A stretch of DNA of 42,213 nucleotides from the NCBI GenBank assembly GCA_965363675.1, contig CBDTTW010000003.1, positions 1 to 42,213 on the forward strand. The letters are read 5' to 3'. The stretch comes from an uncultured Rhodothermaceae bacterium. Lineage in GTDB: Bacteria > Bacteroidota > Rhodothermia > Rhodothermales > DASSAV01. This document shows, in pieces, positions 8,401 through 15,861 of the stretch (within the stretch, counting starts at the first letter, position 1; every line of letters begins with the position of its first letter). Under the pieces are notes generated by a model, which saw nothing but the letters and a program-made list of their open reading frames with translations, searched no databases and was not told where the DNA came from. Position numbers and translations under genes: made by a program.

Positions 8401-9331
8401 GTACCTCGCCCGGCATGAAGTCACGGCGAGCTATGCCGAGTACGCCAACGGCATCAACGCGGCCTACTTCGGGCACTTCCCCGAGGTAAAGGGCGCCTGG
8501 AGCGGTACGATGGACGCCCGCATCACGGCCGAGCGCTACTACCGGTTCTTCTACGGCCTGGGCAACGAAACCCGCAAGTCCGACCGGAGCCTCTATCAGG
8601 CCGCCCTCGGGCAGTTCACGGCGCAGCCGACCCTCTACAAGCGGGTGCTGCCGTTCTCGGACTTCGGCTTCGGGCCGCGCTTCGAGTTTACCTCGGTGGA
8701 CACGCGCCGCGACGCCGAGGGCCGACCCTACCCGACGACGTTTGCGCCGAAGGACTTCGCCGACCGGTACTACGTTGGGGCGGCGGCTACGTTCAACGTG
8801 AGCGGCCTCGATACGCTCGCCGGCACGCGCTCGGGCGCCCGGTGGCGCAACGAGGCCAGCGTGAACGTGGGCGTCAAAGGCGCCGACGGGGCGTACGTGC
8901 GCCTGGCCTCCGACCTGAGCTACTTCTACACGTACTTCATCCCCTCGCCGCTCACGCTGGCGCTTCGGCTCGGCGGCGCGCGCAACATCGGCGACTTCAG
9001 CTTCTTCCAGGCCAACACGCTCGGCGGCGAGTCCAACCTGCGCGGCTACGGCCGCACGCGCTTCGCCGGGCGCGCCGCGACGTACTCGAACGTAGAGCTG
9101 CGCGCCAAGCTGACCGAGTTCAACGCCTATCTGACCAAGGGCGAGATGGGCGTGTTCAGCTTTTTCGACAACGGGCGCGTGTGGGCCGCCGGCGACAAGT
9201 CCGGCAAGTGGCACCAGGGGTACGGCGTGGGCCTATGGGTGACGCCGTTCAACCAGTTCGCCGTTACGGCGTCGGTGGGGTTCTCCGAAGAGGATACCTT
9301 GCTCGACGTAGGCATCGGCTTCCAGTTCTAG
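5438..9331 (+). CDS. Lipoprotein metallophosphoesterase - kinase-like - Omp85 (BamA/TamA-family) beta-barrel fusion
   Basis: Lipobox VGG-C. Calcineurin-like motifs GDAG, GDNIY, GNHDW, HH, GHEH. Central GGG...YVLRS...GDWDRHIDQW...PRDRD. Omp85 LRGY and FFDNG motifs and C-terminal beta-signal GIGFQF. Confidence 0.9.
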   Translation: MQIHQSRATAASLRAATLCLTAAVALAVGGCASGRQFSIPELLGADAPRPADSTLAYTVVLVGDAGGTPHHSSEPALTMLQHHLGRLGEHSAVVFLGDNIYPSGLVARTHPGREEAEYRITAQLDAVKAFKGRIFFVPGNHDWGGAGMGGSRETLRRQELFVEEYLGRGDTFTPDRGFPGPVEIPLSDSLMLLALDTQWWFEDVKPYGDTGQYEIEQEGEFILELHNALARHPDKQILVVGHHPMYSNGEHGGRFKSRRRPAPLARQYLGTPQDFSSLKYRQLRQKLRAVFQQHPGLVYAAGHEHNLQYFREGGQHYIVSGSGSKQGYVSQGGGAAFASMDSGFATLRYYADGAILLTYYGVEEGNPEGRILYETRLREARPALEAAAPAGAPLGEARPEQKPRAKAAPEAKAAPEAPRGLRAAADAGEPAVDEGAPRKNLAREVNLTANARVGSDIPPYEFASTGTRTVAAAERYRVGPLKSFFLGSRYRKIWATPIEAPIIDLSRTAGGLTPVRLGGGLQTKSLRLRGADGDEYVLRSLDKDPTQTVPEYLRLTIAQDVVRDQISAIHPYGALVVPGLAEAVGVFHTSPKVVYVPADARLGRYRDDFGGSVALFESRPDEDQSDEARFGFSENIIGSTKLLDELAEDNDRRVDAHAFARARLLDMLIGDWDRHIDQWRWAEYDRTPGKLYRPVPRDRDFAFFRFNGLLATLARMSGVTAYKRFTNYDDDINNLYGLNFNGSPLDRRFLSELTREDWTALADSMRAELTDEVIDEAFRAWPEAVYQAQGAEFADHMKSRRDGLTRVAEKYYEMLAGVVDIVGSNKHERFEVERLNNRETEVTVYKTKKEGDVTGELYRRRFRHDETRELRLYGLGGSDQFVVRGEATRGLLVRAVGGDGEDVLVDSSRVFGPAHRTVFYDTRRGNTVYKGGEARLHLSDEPAVNRYDMGRLDRTLTTPLIVAGRTSDQGFIVGGGFRVVKPGFRKTPYLARHEVTASYAEYANGINAAYFGHFPEVKGAWSGTMDARITAERYYRFFYGLGNETRKSDRSLYQAALGQFTAQPTLYKRVLPFSDFGFGPRFEFTSVDTRRDAEGRPYPTTFAPKDFADRYYVGAAATFNVSGLDTLAGTRSGARWRNEASVNVGVKGADGAYVRLASDLSYFYTYFIPSPLTLALRLGGARNIGDFSFFQANTLGGESNLRGYGRTRFAGRAATYSNVELRAKLTEFNAYLTKGEMGVFSFFDNGRVWAAGDKSGKWHQGYGVGLWVTPFNQFAVTASVGFSEEDTLLDVGIGFQF
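6650..6685 (+). repeat. 18-bp in-frame tandem duplication (AKAAPE x2) in a Pro/Ala linker
   Basis: gccaaggcggcccccgag followed by gccaaggcagcccccgag, between the phosphoesterase and kinase-like domains. Confidence 0.8.
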
Positions 9332-9443
9332 CCCGGCCGGCGCTGGTAACGATCCGGCCTGCCCCATAACAACGGGCGGCTTCGGCGCGTTTACCCCTCA
9401 GCGCCCGGTATGCCCGGCGCTGCCTTGCGCTAACCCTGACGCG

Positions 9444-11783
9444 ATGATAAACGCAACGTTGAGCATAGAGCCGGCGCTGGAAGCCTGGCGGGCCTTGGCC
9501 CGGCAAGAGGAGTGGGCGTGGGTGGCCCCGTGGCTGGAGGCCACCGTCGAGGCGCACCCCTGGCTGAGCGGCGCGGCGGAACCGGCCGAGGCGCGCCGCC
9601 AGAAAGCGGTGCTTCAGCGGCTGCTGAGCCTGCCGCTGGCGCAGGGGCTGCTCGACAGCACGCCGGGCATCGCCCTGGCGCCGGGCAGCCGCGAGGCCGT
9701 GTACGTTTCGGCGGCGCTCGAACGCTACCTCACGCCCGAGGAGGCGGCCTCCGGCGTGCTCTCCGGGGAGGCGTGGTCCGAGCTGGACGAGGCGCGCCGG
9801 TACGCGCTCGTGTGCCGCCTTGCCGAGGCGGCCTATGGCCTGGAAGGCTGCCCGGCGCTGCGCCCCATCGTCACGCTGAAAGATCCGGAGACCGGCCTTA
9901 ACCATTACTTTGCGGCCGAGCTGGATTTTCGCCTCGTGCGGTTTGCGCCGCAGGGCGCGGCGCCCGCGCTCGACGCGGCGCAGGCCGAGGCGCTGCAAGC
10001 GGCGCTGCAAAACGGCGCCGCCGCTCCGCCGCACCTGGCGCTCGAAGGGTTCCGCGCCGAGGGCATCGAGCTGCTGCGATTCGTGGACATCACCGAGGAG
10101 CATGCGCTTTCGCTGCTCAAGGGCGACCTCCTCGAAGGCGAGCGCGGCGCGCTGGCCCAACTCGTCGGCATCTTCGAGGGGCGCGTTCGAGATTACCTCG
10201 GCAAGCCGGAGGTGTTTTTGGGGTTGGCCGCCACCCAGGGCGATACGCTGCGCCCGCTGCGCACGGCCGCCGGCGCCGCCGATCCGTTCCGCCCCGAGCG
10301 CCTCGACCCGGCGCGCCTCGGCGGCACGTTCATCGGGCGCGCCCTCTCCGAAGGCAAGCCCCAACTCGTCTGCGATCTGGCCGCCGAAGGCTCCGGCGAT
10401 CTCGAACGCGAGCTGGCCGGGGCCGGGGTGCGCGCGGCCATCGTGGCGCCGCTCAACCACCGCAGCAGCCTGACGGGTCTGCTCTACCTGTGGTCGCCCC
10501 GGCCCAACGCCCTGGCCCTGCGCGACCTGGCGCTGCTGGACCGCGTGCTGCCGCTCTGCGCCGCCGCCGTCAACCGCAGCAAGGAGGAACTGAACTACCG
10601 CGTCCAGTCGGTCATCCTCAGCGAGTACACCGCCATACACCCGAGCGTCGAGTGGCGCTTCCGCAAAGCCGCGCTCAACTACATCCGCCGCCACGACCGC
10701 GGCCTGCGCGCCGAGGCCGAGCCGATCGTGTTCGACGAGGTGTACCCGCTCTACGGCGTGGCCGACATCCGCGCCTCGTCCGCGCACCGCAACGAAGCCG
10801 TCAAGCACGACTTGCACGAGCACCTTACCGAGGTCGAGGACATTCTGCAACTGGCGCGCACGGCCAAGCCGCTGCCCATCCTGAACTACCTCGCCGCGCA
10901 GGCCGAGGCCAACCGCCGGATGCTCGAAGACGGCCTTTCCTCGGACGAGGAGGCCGGCATCAAGGACTTCATCAGCCGCCACATCGAGCCGCTGCTCGAC
11001 CACCTGACGACCTTCGGCCCCGCCGTGGCCGAACGCGTCGAGGCGTACCGCGCCGACGCCCAGGTCGAGTCGGGGCGCCTCTACCGGCAGTGCCGCGCCT
11101 TCGACCAGAGCGTTTCGCTGCTCAACCAGACCATCTCGGGCTACCTCGACGCCGAGGAAGCGCGCGCCCAGGCCATGTTCCCGCACTACTTCGAGAAGCG
11201 CCAGACCGACGGCGTCGAGTTCTCGATCTACGTCGGGGCCTCGCTCGTGGAGGACATCCCGTTCAACCCGCTTTACGTGCGCAACCTGCGGCTCTGGCAG
11301 CTCATGGTGATGTGCGGCATCGCCCGGCTTGCCGCGCCGCTCAAAGAGCGCATGGAAATGCCCCTCGAAACGACCCAGCTCGTGATCGCGCACAGCGCGC
11401 CGCTCTCGATCCGCTTCCAGCTTTCGGAGACGCGCTTCGACGTGGACGGCACGCACCACATCCGCTACGAAATCATGAAGCGCCGCCTCGAAAAGGCGCA
11501 GCTCAAGGGGGCCGACGAGCGCCTGACGCAGCCCGGCAAAATCGCCATCGTCTACTCGCAGTTCCGCGAGGCATGGGAGTACGAGGAGTACATCCGCTTC
11601 TTGCAGTCGGCGGGGTATCTGGCGCCGGAAATCGAGGAGGTGGAAATCAGCGATTTACAAGGCATCAGCGGCCTGAAGGCGCTCCGGGTGAACGTGCTCC
11701 TGGAGTCCGGCGCGGGCGGCGACGGCCTTTCCTCGGAGGTCATCGAACGCGCGGTGGCCGCCATGCCGCTCGAACCATTCTAA
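9444..11783 (+). CDS. GAF-domain protein with a C-terminal divergent class III nucleotide-cyclase-like domain
   Basis: GAF signature RAAIVAPL...LTGLLYL. The C-terminal half has ADIRASS, LLNQTISGYLD, EKRQTDG, FDVDG...RLEK and PGKIAIV in the order of class III cyclase motifs. The GAF call is firm; the cyclase call is inference. Confidence 0.8.
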   Translation: MINATLSIEPALEAWRALARQEEWAWVAPWLEATVEAHPWLSGAAEPAEARRQKAVLQRLLSLPLAQGLLDSTPGIALAPGSREAVYVSAALERYLTPEEAASGVLSGEAWSELDEARRYALVCRLAEAAYGLEGCPALRPIVTLKDPETGLNHYFAAELDFRLVRFAPQGAAPALDAAQAEALQAALQNGAAAPPHLALEGFRAEGIELLRFVDITEEHALSLLKGDLLEGERGALAQLVGIFEGRVRDYLGKPEVFLGLAATQGDTLRPLRTAAGAADPFRPERLDPARLGGTFIGRALSEGKPQLVCDLAAEGSGDLERELAGAGVRAAIVAPLNHRSSLTGLLYLWSPRPNALALRDLALLDRVLPLCAAAVNRSKEELNYRVQSVILSEYTAIHPSVEWRFRKAALNYIRRHDRGLRAEAEPIVFDEVYPLYGVADIRASSAHRNEAVKHDLHEHLTEVEDILQLARTAKPLPILNYLAAQAEANRRMLEDGLSSDEEAGIKDFISRHIEPLLDHLTTFGPAVAERVEAYRADAQVESGRLYRQCRAFDQSVSLLNQTISGYLDAEEARAQAMFPHYFEKRQTDGVEFSIYVGASLVEDIPFNPLYVRNLRLWQLMVMCGIARLAAPLKERMEMPLETTQLVIAHSAPLSIRFQLSETRFDVDGTHHIRYEIMKRRLEKAQLKGADERLTQPGKIAIVYSQFREAWEYEEYIRFLQSAGYLAPEIEEVEISDLQGISGLKALRVNVLLESGAGGDGLSSEVIERAVAAMPLEPF

Positions 11784-11790
11784 ACCCCCC

Positions 11791-12594
11791 ATGAACCACC
11801 CCGCGCTGCTGTGCTGCGCCTGCCTGCTCTTCGCCCTGGCCGGGTGCCGCGCCGATTTCGTCGAGCCGCCGCTCGACGTGGAGTGGGATTTGCTGCAAGG
11901 CACGGCCTGGAGCGTGCGGGCAAGCAGCAACCCGGCCATCGTCCAGGCGGGCGACACGCATGTGTTTACGCGCGAGGGCGACTTTATCTCGTACGTGCGC
12001 GGCCGCGACGCCTTTTGCGGCCGGTGGAACCAGACCCGCAGGGGGGTGCGCGTGCTGGCCGATCTGGCCAGTCGCGACATCAACTTCGAGGTGCTGATGC
12101 TCACCGCCGACTCGCTGCGCGTGCGCCTGACGAACGCCGCCGGCGCGGCTGATCTGCTCTACACCCCCGGCGAGGCGGTGGGCGCGCAGTTCTCCCGCGA
12201 GGCGTCGAACCAGCCCTCCGGCTATACCATCACGAGCCGCGCCGGCGCCATCGGCGTCGCCGACGAGAACGACTGGCGCACCACGCCGGACGCGACGTGC
12301 AAAATCGCCTTCTCGCCCGTGTTTCCGAACCCTGCCGAGCAGTCGGATTCACTCTCGCTCCGGATGACGGTTTTCGAGACGGTGAACTACCGCGACGGGC
12401 TCGTGCTGGCCGCGCTCGGCCCCAGCTCGGGCTTTCAGCAGCTCGACGGCGAGGCGACGGTTTCGCGGCCGGGCACGTACACGTTCCGCTTCAGCGCGGC
12501 GCAGATCCGGGCCGTGGGCTTACGGCGGCTTTACGTCTTCGACCGCGAAGGCAACGTCGTCAGCTACGGCGACGTGCAGATTCGCTCGCTCTGA
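11791..12594 (+). CDS. Hypothetical lipoprotein
   Basis: Lipobox ALAG-C. The N-domain is lipocalin-like (LQGTAW) and the C-domain beta-rich (VFPNP). It starts 7 bp after the GAF gene. Confidence 0.7.
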   Translation: MNHPALLCCACLLFALAGCRADFVEPPLDVEWDLLQGTAWSVRASSNPAIVQAGDTHVFTREGDFISYVRGRDAFCGRWNQTRRGVRVLADLASRDINFEVLMLTADSLRVRLTNAAGAADLLYTPGEAVGAQFSREASNQPSGYTITSRAGAIGVADENDWRTTPDATCKIAFSPVFPNPAEQSDSLSLRMTVFETVNYRDGLVLAALGPSSGFQQLDGEATVSRPGTYTFRFSAAQIRAVGLRRLYVFDREGNVVSYGDVQIRSL

Positions 12595-12603
12595 GGCCCC
12601 GGC

Positions 12604-14079
12604 TCAGGCGGCGCCCTGCGCCCACGCGTACACGCCGGCGGCGCGGCGGCGCTCGGGCGCGTCGGCGGCCGTGGTAGGCGGCAGGCAGAACCAGAAGGTC
12701 GCCCCCTGGCCCTCGGCCGAATCGACGCCGATGGAGCCTTCGTGCGCCAGCACGATGCGCTTGGCGATGGCAAGGCCCAGGCCCGTGCTGCTTTCGCCGC
12801 CGGTGGGCGTGGCCGAGAGCTTCTCGAAGTCCTTGAACAGCCGCTCCCGGTCCTCCGGCTTGATGCCCGGCCCTTCGTCCGAGACGGCCACGCGGAAGCA
12901 GTGGGGGTGCAGCGTCGTCCGCACCGTCACGACGCTGCCGGGCGGCGAGAACTTGACGGCGTTGGAGATCAGGTTGTCGAGCACCTGGCTGATGCGCAGC
13001 GGGTCGATGAGCACCATGGCATCCGGGGCGTTGGCCAGCACGACGTTGGTGCCTTTGGGCATCGCCAGGCGGCGGTGGCGCGTCGCGGTCTCCTCGATGA
13101 AGCGCCGCCACGAGACCGGCTCCTGCTTGATCGAGATGTGCCCCGCTTCGATGGCCGAGATGTCCAGCAGTTCATCGAGGAGCTGTTTGCACCGCCCGGC
13201 GTGCGCCTCGATGTCGTCGAGGAACGAGAGCCGGACTTCGCCGTCGAGCGTGGCATGCTCGGCGCGCAGCAGCTTCGTCACCATCTGGATCGTGGCGATG
13301 GGGCTGCGCAAATCATGGGCGGCGTTGCCGAGGAAGAGGTTTTTGTGCGCGTCGGCGCGCCGCAGCGCCTCGTTCTGGCGCGCGATCTCGGAGGCCAGGC
13401 GCCCGCGCTCGACGAGCACCGCAAGCTGCGCCGCGATCTGCTTGAAGATGTTGATATGCTCCCCGGCGTAGGCGCCCACGCGGCGGCTCGAAAAGAAGAT
13501 GAAGCCGATGGGCCGCCCGTCGATGAGCAGCGGGCACGTGAGCGACGAGCGGATGCCTTCCTCCACGATCCGGCGCGTCGATTCGGAGTGCGGGCGCGCC
13601 TCCAGGTACGCCGGCAGGTCGTTCAGGATGCGGGGCTCTCCGGTCTGCAAAATCTGGCTCAGGCTGCTGCCCTTGATGACGGCGGCATAGCCGGTCTCCA
13701 GGTGCACCACGTCGTAGTTGCAGCGGGACCAGTGAGCGGTCACGACGCTTTTGTCGTCGGAGAGCAGCGAGAAGCCGATGCGGTCGTACGGCATTACGGC
13801 GCTCAGGTGCTCGTACACGTAGTCGAGCATTTGTTCGAGCGTATGCCCGGCGCTGATGGCCGTCGTGATGCGGAAGAGCGTCTCGCTGAGCTTCCGGCGC
13901 TGCTCGGCCGCCTTTGCAAACACGCCGAGCGCACCGGTCAGGCGCGCCAGCTCCGGCGGCAGCGCGTCCAGGTGCAGGGCGCCGTCGCCGTCGTGGGCCA
14001 GCCGCTCGATGATCTGCGCCACCGACTCCACATGGGCGGCGCAAAGAAGCTCCAGGTCTTGAGAGCGGTCCGGGTTCAT
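12604..14079 (-). CDS. Cytoplasmic GAF-domain sensor histidine kinase
   Basis: GAF (RSSLTCPLLIDGRPIGFIFF), H-box AHDLRSPI, NLISNAVKFS, DEGPGI, TGLGL. No TM segment. Start taken at ATG 14079. Confidence 0.9.
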   Translation of the reverse strand: MNPDRSQDLELLCAAHVESVAQIIERLAHDGDGALHLDALPPELARLTGALGVFAKAAEQRRKLSETLFRITTAISAGHTLEQMLDYVYEHLSAVMPYDRIGFSLLSDDKSVVTAHWSRCNYDVVHLETGYAAVIKGSSLSQILQTGEPRILNDLPAYLEARPHSESTRRIVEEGIRSSLTCPLLIDGRPIGFIFFSSRRVGAYAGEHINIFKQIAAQLAVLVERGRLASEIARQNEALRRADAHKNLFLGNAAHDLRSPIATIQMVTKLLRAEHATLDGEVRLSFLDDIEAHAGRCKQLLDELLDISAIEAGHISIKQEPVSWRRFIEETATRHRRLAMPKGTNVVLANAPDAMVLIDPLRISQVLDNLISNAVKFSPPGSVVTVRTTLHPHCFRVAVSDEGPGIKPEDRERLFKDFEKLSATPTGGESSTGLGLAIAKRIVLAHEGSIGVDSAEGQGATFWFCLPPTTAADAPERRRAAGVYAWAQGAA

Positions 14080-14243
14080 AAGGGCTCGGTATAACTTTCC
14101 GCGCAAGGGTGTTTTACGGCATCGCAGCAAACGGCGCGCCTGCACACCGGGTCAGCCCGGCATACGGCGCGTCCTCGTCAGGGATTCACGAGCCTGTAAC
14201 AAACTCTGTTGCAACGACCACCCGGTCTCGTCCCTTCTCCGGA

Positions 14244-14270
14244 GTATCGGCGGGAGCGGCAAAAACTAAA
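14244..14270 (-). promoter_or_regulatory. Sigma-28 (FliA/SigD)-like promoter candidate upstream of the GAF kinase
   Basis: The minus strand reads TTTAGTTT-N11-GCCGATAC, versus the enterobacterial sigma-28 consensus TAAAGTTT-N11-GCCGATAA. Confidence 0.5.
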
Positions 14271-14335
14271 ATCAAGTGAATTTCGAAATTTATCCGTCTT
14301 CCCTGCGGCGCCGGCGGCAATTCTTTCCGGCGGCC

Positions 14336-14848
14336 CTAAAAGCCGAGCGCCTGGTTCGCCGCTCCGAGCGCCGCCACGATGAGCCACGCCAGCCCGATGC
14401 CTACGCCCAGCAGCAACGCCGTGAACAGGCCGATCACGACGTAGAAGAACAGGGCGTTGGACTTGTGGGCGCGTGCGGCTCCTTGCCCGAGGTGCTTCCG
14501 GGCGAGGCGGATGTTGCGGCGATTGGCCTTCCAGCCGGCGTCGAACACGTCGCCGAGCAGCGGAACAGCCCCGACGACGGCCTCGATGCCTACGTTGCCG
14601 AGCATCCGGAAGATGGTCGATTTAGGGAGCCCCATTCGGGCGGCCTGAAGCACGATGTAGGCGGAGATGAGCAGCCCCACGGCGTCGCCGGCGCCGGGGA
14701 TGAGGCCAATGACCGCGTCCCACCCGACGCGATAGCCTATTCCCGGAATCCGGATGGCCTCGTCCATGTAATAGCTGAGCTTCTCCAGGTCCTGAAGCCG
14801 CCGGTCCGCTGCCGGCGCAGGAACCGGAGCCGTATGCCGGGTTTTCAT
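14336..14848 (-). CDS. DUF4112 domain membrane protein
   Basis: MDEAIRIPG...GWDAVIGLIPGAGD...VPLLGDVFDAGWKANRRN is the DUF4112 pattern. Confidence 0.85.
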   Translation of the reverse strand: MKTRHTAPVPAPAADRRLQDLEKLSYYMDEAIRIPGIGYRVGWDAVIGLIPGAGDAVGLLISAYIVLQAARMGLPKSTIFRMLGNVGIEAVVGAVPLLGDVFDAGWKANRRNIRLARKHLGQGAARAHKSNALFFYVVIGLFTALLLGVGIGLAWLIVAALGAANQALGF

Positions 14849-14955
14849 AAGGGCGAGATTGTTGGTCGGGGGAGTGAGAGCCGCCGGGCGGCTGTGGGTT
14901 ATATGGCCGCCGCCGCCAACGGATTTACCGTCGGTGCAACGAATCGGGTAGGATT

Positions 14956-15771
14956 ATGAAAGCAGTGGTATGGATGATCGTCTGCGGCCTCGGCCTTGCC
15001 GGCTCGGCGGCGGCGCAGCAAGCCCGCCCCAAAGGCGCCGACCGTGTGCTGGCGGCAGAGCGGGCTTTTGCGCGCGCGGCGGCGTCGGAGCCGCTGGCCG
15101 AGGTGATGCTGCGGCATCTCGACCCCGAAGGGTTGCTCTTCCAACCGCAGCCGGTGCATGCGGCCGAGTGGATCGCCGCGCATCGCGCCGCCTGGAGCGG
15201 CACGCTGACAGCCGTGCCCACGGATCTGCGCATTGCCCGCAGCCGTGACCTGGCCTACACCGTCGGCCCGTCGTGGCATCGCGGGGCCGACGGGCGCGAA
15301 ACGACCGGCTCTTTCCTGACGGTCTGGCGGGTGCAGCCCGACAGCTCGTACCGCATCCTGCTCGATGCCGTCGTCGATCACGCGTTTGCCGCGCCGCCGG
15401 ACACCACGAGCATCCGCTATGCCGTCGCCGCCGCGCCTGTGGTGTGCGGCCCCGACCCGGACCTCGACCTCGAACTCGAAGCGCTGCTGGAGATAGACCG
15501 CGCGGGCGCAGGCGCGGCCGTAGCCCCCTACGCGCGGCTGCACCGCGAGGGCGCGCCGCCGCTCTCGGGGGCCGAGGCCGTCCGGGCGGCCGGAGCCGGG
15601 CAGGGGGCCGAGCCCGTGGGCGGCGGCCTCTCGCGCAGCGTCGATCTGGCCTACACCTACGGCCGTCTGGCCGAACCCTCGGGGGGCTATTACGTGCGCC
15701 TCTGGACCCGCGAGCCGGAAGCGGGCTGGCTCCTCGCCGAGGAAGTGCGCCTGCCGCCGACTGCTCCCTGA
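14956..15771 (+). CDS. Exported protein with two NTF2-like (DUF4440-like) repeats
   Basis: Signal peptide ending AAA-Q. The internal duplication SRDLAYTVG...FLTVWR / SVDLAYTYG...YVRLW marks two domains. Confidence 0.7.
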   Translation: MKAVVWMIVCGLGLAGSAAAQQARPKGADRVLAAERAFARAAASEPLAEVMLRHLDPEGLLFQPQPVHAAEWIAAHRAAWSGTLTAVPTDLRIARSRDLAYTVGPSWHRGADGRETTGSFLTVWRVQPDSSYRILLDAVVDHAFAAPPDTTSIRYAVAAAPVVCGPDPDLDLELEALLEIDRAGAGAAVAPYARLHREGAPPLSGAEAVRAAGAGQGAEPVGGGLSRSVDLAYTYGRLAEPSGGYYVRLWTREPEAGWLLAEEVRLPPTAP

Positions 15772-15861
15772 CGCCGCGCTTGCATGCCGCCGCGCCGTGG
15801 GCTAGCTTGGCGCAGCCGCCTGCCCATGACCGGCCCCGCTTCCTGAAAAACGCCCCTCGCC

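Noticed and set aside
4520-9214. 1564-aa ORF on the minus strand
   Set aside because: It is the antisense shadow of the propeller and Omp85 genes. Long stop-free antisense frames are expected with strong GC3 bias, and it has no recognisable motifs.
9264-11459. 731-aa minus-strand ORF, and similar long shadows (16963..18828, 20223..22127, 32916..34340, 35115..37748)
   Set aside because: Each lies antisense to a well-supported gene and has low-information Arg/Ala/Gly-rich composition.
3176-11783. Calling the locus a canonical Pycsar anti-phage system
   Set aside because: There is no compact pycC-pycTM operon, the effector is HD-fused, the cyclase-like gene is 5 kb away on the other strand, and there is no defence-island or mobile context. 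It is reported instead as a Pycsar-related system of unknown role.
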